DNA of 64,000 nucleotides from Schizochytrium sp. TIO01 (lineage: Eukaryota; Protista; Bigyra: Labyrinthulomycetes), in the NCBI GenBank assembly GCA_004764695.1, contig SMSO01000025.1:1240001-1304000 (forward strand), in the 5' to 3' direction. The notes under the pieces are model-generated. The model was given only the letters and a program-made list of their open reading frames with translations. It did no database searches and was not told the DNA's origin. This document shows, piece by piece, positions 58,911 to 64,000 of this stretch (positions within the stretch are counted from its first letter, which is position 1; each line of letters opens with the position of its first letter). Made by a program: the position numbers and the translations under genes.

Positions 58911-61900
58911 TTACTGATCTTTTTCAGATGGCAGCTTACCAGGTTCCTTGAGAATCATAATCCGCTGCTCAGTCATGTCTTCAATTGCATAACGAACACC
59001 CTCACGGCCAATACCAGATTCCTTGACACCACCATAAGGTTGAGAATCAATGCGAAAGGATGGAACAGAATTAATTACAACACCTCCTGCCACAATCTTC
59101 TCGAACGCGTAGTGAGCCTTGGACAAACTGTTGGTAAATACTCCGGCCTGAAGTCCAAAGCGAGAGTTGTTTACTTCATCTATGACAGTTGCGTAGTCAG
59201 AATAGGATTCCAAGCATACAACCGGGCCAAACACCTCTTCTTGGTAGATGGTACAATCGTGTGGGACATTCTCAAGAACAGTAGCTTGCACAAAGACACG
59301 ATCCTGCTTGTTTCCACCAGCAAGAATGCTTGCACCCTTGTCATGGGCTTCTTTAATCCAATCAGCAATACGATCTGCATCCTTCTCACTAATCACAGGG
59401 CCTAAAAATGTATCATCCTTCTTTGGGTTACCCATTTTGAGGCTTTGGACCTTCTCGACAAATGCCTTCTTAAAACGATCATAGATTGACTCGTGCACAA
59501 ACAGCCGCTGTACCGAAATGCAACTCTGACCACTTTGGTAGAAGCCTCCAGTCACGACGGATCCAACCACAGTATCGAGCCCTTCGGCTAGGTCATCTAC
59601 AACGCAAGCGGCGTTCCCGCCAAGCTCGAGAACAACCTTTTTCTTGTTGCACTTGGCCTTGAGTTCCCAACCAACATTGGCAGAACCGGTGAATGAGAGC
59701 AGCTTGAAACGATCATCAGTGGTAAGAGCATCCCCGGACTTGCGTGTGCAAGGGAGAATGCTAAATCCCTCTTTTGGCATGTCAGGGTCATTTGACAGAA
59801 TTTCGGCTACCAGCAATGCTCCAAGGGGAGTTCGACTAGCTGGTTTCACTACGAAAGGGCAGCCAGCGGCAATAGCTGGAGCAACCTTGCAAGCGAGCAA
59901 GTTAAGAGGGAAGTTGAACGGAGAAATCATACTCACTGGGCCAATAGGGAAACGTTTGACAATACCCTGGTAGCCATGGCAGCGGGGGGCAATGTCCATA
60001 TCACCCGCCTCCCCAAACATGCGTGTAGTCTCTTCTGCTGCAATTTCAAAATTGATAATCAGCCGATCAACCTCTCCACGAGCATCGCTGATCGCTTTAC
60101 CATTCTCGATGGTGGTCATCATAGCAAGTTCTTCACGACGACGCTTAGCCTCTTTAGCAACGTTCATAAGGATGCGCTTTCGAACATAGTGCGGCAGGGC
60201 AGCCATCTTCTCGGCACCTGTAGTAGCTGCTGTGTGAATTGCAGTTTCCATATCAGACTCCGTGGCTACAGCTACCTTACAAAAGACTTCGTTTGTGAAC
60301 TTATCAACAACCTCAAGATCTTCATTTGCATAAACTGGTCTTCCTACAAGGTAGAATGGCACACTGCTACCCTTTTGGATGCTGAATTCAGATGAAGAAT
60401 CATCCTCTTTGTTCTCTTCCTTCTCTTTAGAGGACGAGGAATTCGTCGCACTTTCCTTTTTCTTTTGTTGGTCTGTAGATTCCTTTGACTTCTCACCATC
60501 CCCATTCTCTCGAGTTGACTCACACCCTTTCGACTCTGAAGACGCAGACTCAGAGCGCCGTACTTTGTCTAGGCGCTTGTTACAGTCCTCTGAGACATCA
60601 GCTTCGCTCTCTTTTGCCTCCTCTTTGGTTCCGGCAGGCAAAGAGTCACCAAGGCTGAGATCAGCACCAAATTCTTCACAGACCCGACGCAAAATCTCAG
60701 CAGCTTCAGAGGGGATGCCCTTAAGCATTTGGGAAGCCCACGCATAAGTGATGGGTACCTCTACCACATGCACGCCCTTGCTTGCAACGCATTGCTTGAG
60801 AATGTCTGAGAATTCCTCTACTTTGGTAACCCGGTACCCCTTAGCTCCAAAAGATTCTGCATGCTTGACGAGGTCTGGGTTCCGGAGGTCAAGATTGAAT
60901 TCATCAAATCCCATGCCTCCTTGTTTCCACTTGATCATGCCAAGTGCGTTATCATTGAGCACGAGAACTGTCATGTTGAAGCCATACTGTACAGCTGTAG
61001 CGAGCTCTGCACTGTTCATAAAGTAGCCACCGTCACCACATACAGCTACAACAGGCTTATCTGGATAAGCGAGGTTCGTACCGATTGCATTCGGCAAACC
61101 AGCACCCATAGTAGCCAAAGCGTTGTCAAGCAACACGGTCTGGGGCTCCACAGCCTTGAAGGCGCGAGCAATCATAACCTTGTACAGGCCATTATCAAGG
61201 CTAAGAATGCAATCGTTTGGGAGAACTTGGCGCATGTCAGCAATTACACGGGAAATATTCATAGGAAACTGGTCGTCATCCTCGCCACGCTTCATGCATT
61301 CGTCCGTGTATTCTTTAATGCGGTGGAATTCAGGGACATCAAAGGTCTTGTTCTTAGCAAGGAGTTTTTCCTTGAGCTGCCACACAGCATTGGCACAGTC
61401 GCCGACAACTTCTACTTGAGGATAGTAAGTTGAGTCTACATGAGCAGCTTGAAAACTTACATGAATGACCTTGCGGTCTTTGGCTCCAGCAGACATGATA
61501 AATGGAGGTTTTTCCGTTGTATCGTGCCCAACCATGATAATCACATCACTAATGTCGAGCGCGGCGTGAATGTAATCCTTGGAACTAATTGCGGCACAGC
61601 CTAGGAAGTACTTGCTCCGTTCATCAACAACACCTTTGCCCATTTGCGTGGAGACAAAGTGAATTTTCAGCTCGTCTACAAATTCTCGCACTGCGCGACG
61701 AGCATGGTGCCGGTTAGCCGCAGCACCAATGACCATGATTGGACGCTTTGCATTCATGAGCAATTCGGTGGCCTCCCAAGTGCCTTTGTCATCAGTCACC
61801 GGACGCCGCACAGGAGTAGGCTCGAACAGAGCAAAGTTGGTCATTTCCGACGCAATGTCTTCCGGGAGCTCCAACAAAGTTGGTCCTTGCTTCTCAGTGG

Positions 61901-62348
61901 TAGCCTCGCGAAATGCGCGGCGTACCATGGAAGGCACCATGTTACCATCCGTTATGGTTTTGGCATACTTTGTCAAAGGCTGGTACATGCCAACAATGTC
62001 TACAATCTGGAACTCTGCTTGCTTCGTATGACGAATTCCCTTCTGGCCTGTGAGAAAAACACAGGGCATACCGCCGAGGTACGCAAAAGCAGCAGCCGTG
62101 GTGAAGTTTGTGGCGCCAGGGCCGAGAGTAGAAAGTGCCACTGCCTTTACTTGGCCTGTCAACCGACCAACGGTGGAGCAAATAAAGCCCGCAGCCTGCT
62201 CGTGACGTGTAAGGATCACCTTGATTTTTGACTTGCGCAGGGCTTCTAGGACGTCAAGGTTTTCCTCTCCAGGAATGCCCACGACGTACTCAACACCTTC
62301 ATTTTCAAGTGCTTTCACCAGCAACTCGCTCACCTTGATCTTCGTCAT
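58911..62348 (-). CDS. Fusion of a ThDP-dependent acetolactate-synthase-like enzyme (2-oxoglutarate decarboxylase-like) and an ALDH21-type aldehyde dehydrogenase (SSADH-like)
   Basis: Uninterrupted 1145-aa ORF. The N-domain (62348 to about 60745) has GIPGEENL, TRHEQAA, STLGPGATN, LDNALATMGAG and GDGGYFMN...NDN. A linker of about 125 aa rich in E/S/K follows. The C-domain (about 60362-58930) has SPFNFPLNL, KPASRTP, FTGS, LELGGN, GQSCIS, EEVFGP and PYGGVKESGIGREG. Confidence 0.93.
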   Translation of the reverse strand: MTKIKVSELLVKALENEGVEYVVGIPGEENLDVLEALRKSKIKVILTRHEQAAGFICSTVGRLTGQVKAVALSTLGPGATNFTTAAAFAYLGGMPCVFLTGQKGIRHTKQAEFQIVDIVGMYQPLTKYAKTITDGNMVPSMVRRAFREATTEKQGPTLLELPEDIASEMTNFALFEPTPVRRPVTDDKGTWEATELLMNAKRPIMVIGAAANRHHARRAVREFVDELKIHFVSTQMGKGVVDERSKYFLGCAAISSKDYIHAALDISDVIIMVGHDTTEKPPFIMSAGAKDRKVIHVSFQAAHVDSTYYPQVEVVGDCANAVWQLKEKLLAKNKTFDVPEFHRIKEYTDECMKRGEDDDQFPMNISRVIADMRQVLPNDCILSLDNGLYKVMIARAFKAVEPQTVLLDNALATMGAGLPNAIGTNLAYPDKPVVAVCGDGGYFMNSAELATAVQYGFNMTVLVLNDNALGMIKWKQGGMGFDEFNLDLRNPDLVKHAESFGAKGYRVTKVEEFSDILKQCVASKGVHVVEVPITYAWASQMLKGIPSEAAEILRRVCEEFGADLSLGDSLPAGTKEEAKESEADVSEDCNKRLDKVRRSESASSESKGCESTRENGDGEKSKESTDQQKKKESATNSSSSKEKEENKEDDSSSEFSIQKGSSVPFYLVGRPVYANEDLEVVDKFTNEVFCKVAVATESDMETAIHTAATTGAEKMAALPHYVRKRILMNVAKEAKRRREELAMMTTIENGKAISDARGEVDRLIINFEIAAEETTRMFGEAGDMDIAPRCHGYQGIVKRFPIGPVSMISPFNFPLNLLACKVAPAIAAGCPFVVKPASRTPLGALLVAEILSNDPDMPKEGFSILPCTRKSGDALTTDDRFKLLSFTGSANVGWELKAKCNKKKVVLELGGNAACVVDDLAEGLDTVVGSVVTGGFYQSGQSCISVQRLFVHESIYDRFKKAFVEKVQSLKMGNPKKDDTFLGPVISEKDADRIADWIKEAHDKGASILAGGNKQDRVFVQATVLENVPHDCTIYQEEVFGPVVCLESYSDYATVIDEVNNSRFGLQAGVFTNSLSKAHYAFEKIVAGGVVINSVPSFRIDSQPYGGVKESGIGREGVRYAIEDMTEQRIMILKEPGKLPSEKDQ

Positions 62349-64000
62349 TGTTCTGCTTTCACAAAAGCGTATCTTTACAAATCGCTATATCCTTCGTCTG
62401 AAGAACTCCAAGCGTAGCGTCTTTCTCGTGTTTTTCGTTTTTTCTGTAATTATGCAAAGCAGCTTTAGTATCCTTCTTCTGCTTACAGGAGGTCCAAGTC
62501 GCGCTCGCACCGCCACACGGACTTCTCAGCCGAGTGTGCCAACGATCGAGTTTCAGATTTGCCGACCACCCCTCGCAGGTCGTCGAGTCTCTTTCCTGTC
62601 GTCACGTTCTTCGCGACTGTCGTTCTGCAGGTCCTCCAAATAAAGAACCCAAGGTCTTCCTCCACAGAACTCTGCGCCCAGTTCCGCTCGAGGCTCTGCT
62701 TCGTTTCATGAAGCTCATGTAATGCACCTATCCGAGGATATCCTTCAATCTCAACAGACTGAGCTTGCCATGCCATTATCTGCGGTAGCACAGCACACCT
62801 CACCATTCAGGGTCATAGACCAATACCATCACTGAGCAGAGGGCCTCTGACGCCGATTCTGCTCCGACTGATTGTGATTGCTCGCAGCGTACATGCACGG
62901 CCGTCTGGGATGCCTGGTATGGGTTGAGCTCGGGCTCGGGAGTGGTTGAGCGAAGTGCCGAGCAGGCTACCCAGTCCCACTGACCGACAAAGCGACGCTC
63001 GCCTTCGCCGGAGCCTCGCAGGTGTCGAGGACGAGCAAGTTGGAGGCGAATCTCAGCCGCTCTTGCCAGCAAAATCTTCAACCCTCAGGTTCTAAGGCTT
63101 GGCCAAGGTTCGAGCTTTTTGCGGTGCATCTTTTGTGGAAGCGAAGTCAGTTGCAAGAACCTCAGGCCTACGATGACGACAGTCATGACGGCGAGGAGGA
63201 GGAGGAGAACGTCAATGATTTCATCGTGATGACTGCTACTCTGCTGTGAGCCACTGCGAATCGCAAGGGGCTGAAGCTCCTGGCGCAGCTGGCGTGCTGC
63301 TCGCAAATACGAGATTCGCAAATCCTCGCAAATACAAGCAAGGTTTGTAACCTCGAAATATTTACCTAGAAGCTTGGAGTGCCTCATGGAAGCAACGTCC
63401 ATCGTACATGAATGTTATCTCGATTATGCGGGGAAACTTTTGAGAGGTATTTTACTTGAGATCTTTTTGGATAGGTGTTGGCGAAGCACACGTTGCTGTA
63501 GACAAGCAAGCAGCGCCTGCGGCAAAAGGGGCTATGTATGCCGAGGTTTTGAGAACCTTAACATCAATTTAATTAAAAAAAAAAACAAAAAAAAAAACAC
63601 TCTAATAAATTGCCTAAATCATTTTTATTTATTTATTTTAAATGCACGTACAGGGCATACAGCGTCTGAGGACATGGAAATGCATTTTTATATCAAAATA
63701 TACAGATACAGGCATTTCCAACCAAACTTTTAACGTGGGTCGAAACTCAAACCAAGACCATTCGTTGTTTGAGCCAACAAGAGTATTAGCGTGTACCTAT
63801 CTACCTGCAGCGTTGGTTGGTCCTGCAAGTCTTGCAAAAGAGGGTACTAAACAGGGAGTGACGCGTAATCATGTAAGTAAGATTTTGTATCACTTGATAT
63901 TTTGGTCTAAGATTGAGATGTCTCCGTAGAATATATCTATCAGCCACGGCAAGTGCAAAGTTATGGAGGTAATAGCTGGGTTGCTGCCTAAGCCAATGAC

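Noticed and set aside
58911-62348. Annotation as biosynthetic acetohydroxyacid synthase (ilvB/ILV2)
   Set aside because: It has GIPGEENL rather than the GYPGG-type AHAS motif and no transit peptide, and fusion to an ALDH implies an aldehyde product.
5152-63369. Recurring TACCTAG/CTAGGTA motif as a cis-element
   Set aside because: I noticed about 9 copies, close to the roughly 8 expected by chance for a 7-mer on both strands of 64 kb.

Overview
Eukaryotic nuclear DNA with intron-poor genes, short GT-AG introns and microsatellite-rich intergenic tracts. The style and the flagellar genes suggest a heterotrophic protist, possibly a thraustochytrid; this is an inference, not a database result. 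About 15 protein-coding genes lie mostly in two gene-dense blocks (about 0.6-13.6 kb and 44.6-62.3 kb), with two long gene-free tracts in between (17.0-33.5 kb and 35.3-44.6 kb). The genes are a SNAPC4-like Myb protein, a PH-domain protein, a spliced PEX26/APEM9-like peroxin head-to-head with PEX2, cyclophilin PPIL1, a mitochondrial alanyl-tRNA synthetase (one intron and an apparent frameshift), an acidic disordered protein, an SLC34/NptA Na+/Pi cotransporter, an MgtC/SapB protein, an orphan membrane protein, an ODAD1/CCDC114-like protein, two coiled-coil proteins, a MAK/ICK-like kinase and a 1145-aa fusion enzyme. The fusion is the best candidate for an undescribed system. It joins a ThDP enzyme resembling cyanobacterial 2-oxoglutarate decarboxylase to an ALDH21-type NADP+ succinic-semialdehyde dehydrogenase, which would give a single-polypeptide, NADPH-producing TCA bypass. 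No rRNA, tRNA, CRISPR array or intact transposon was recognised.
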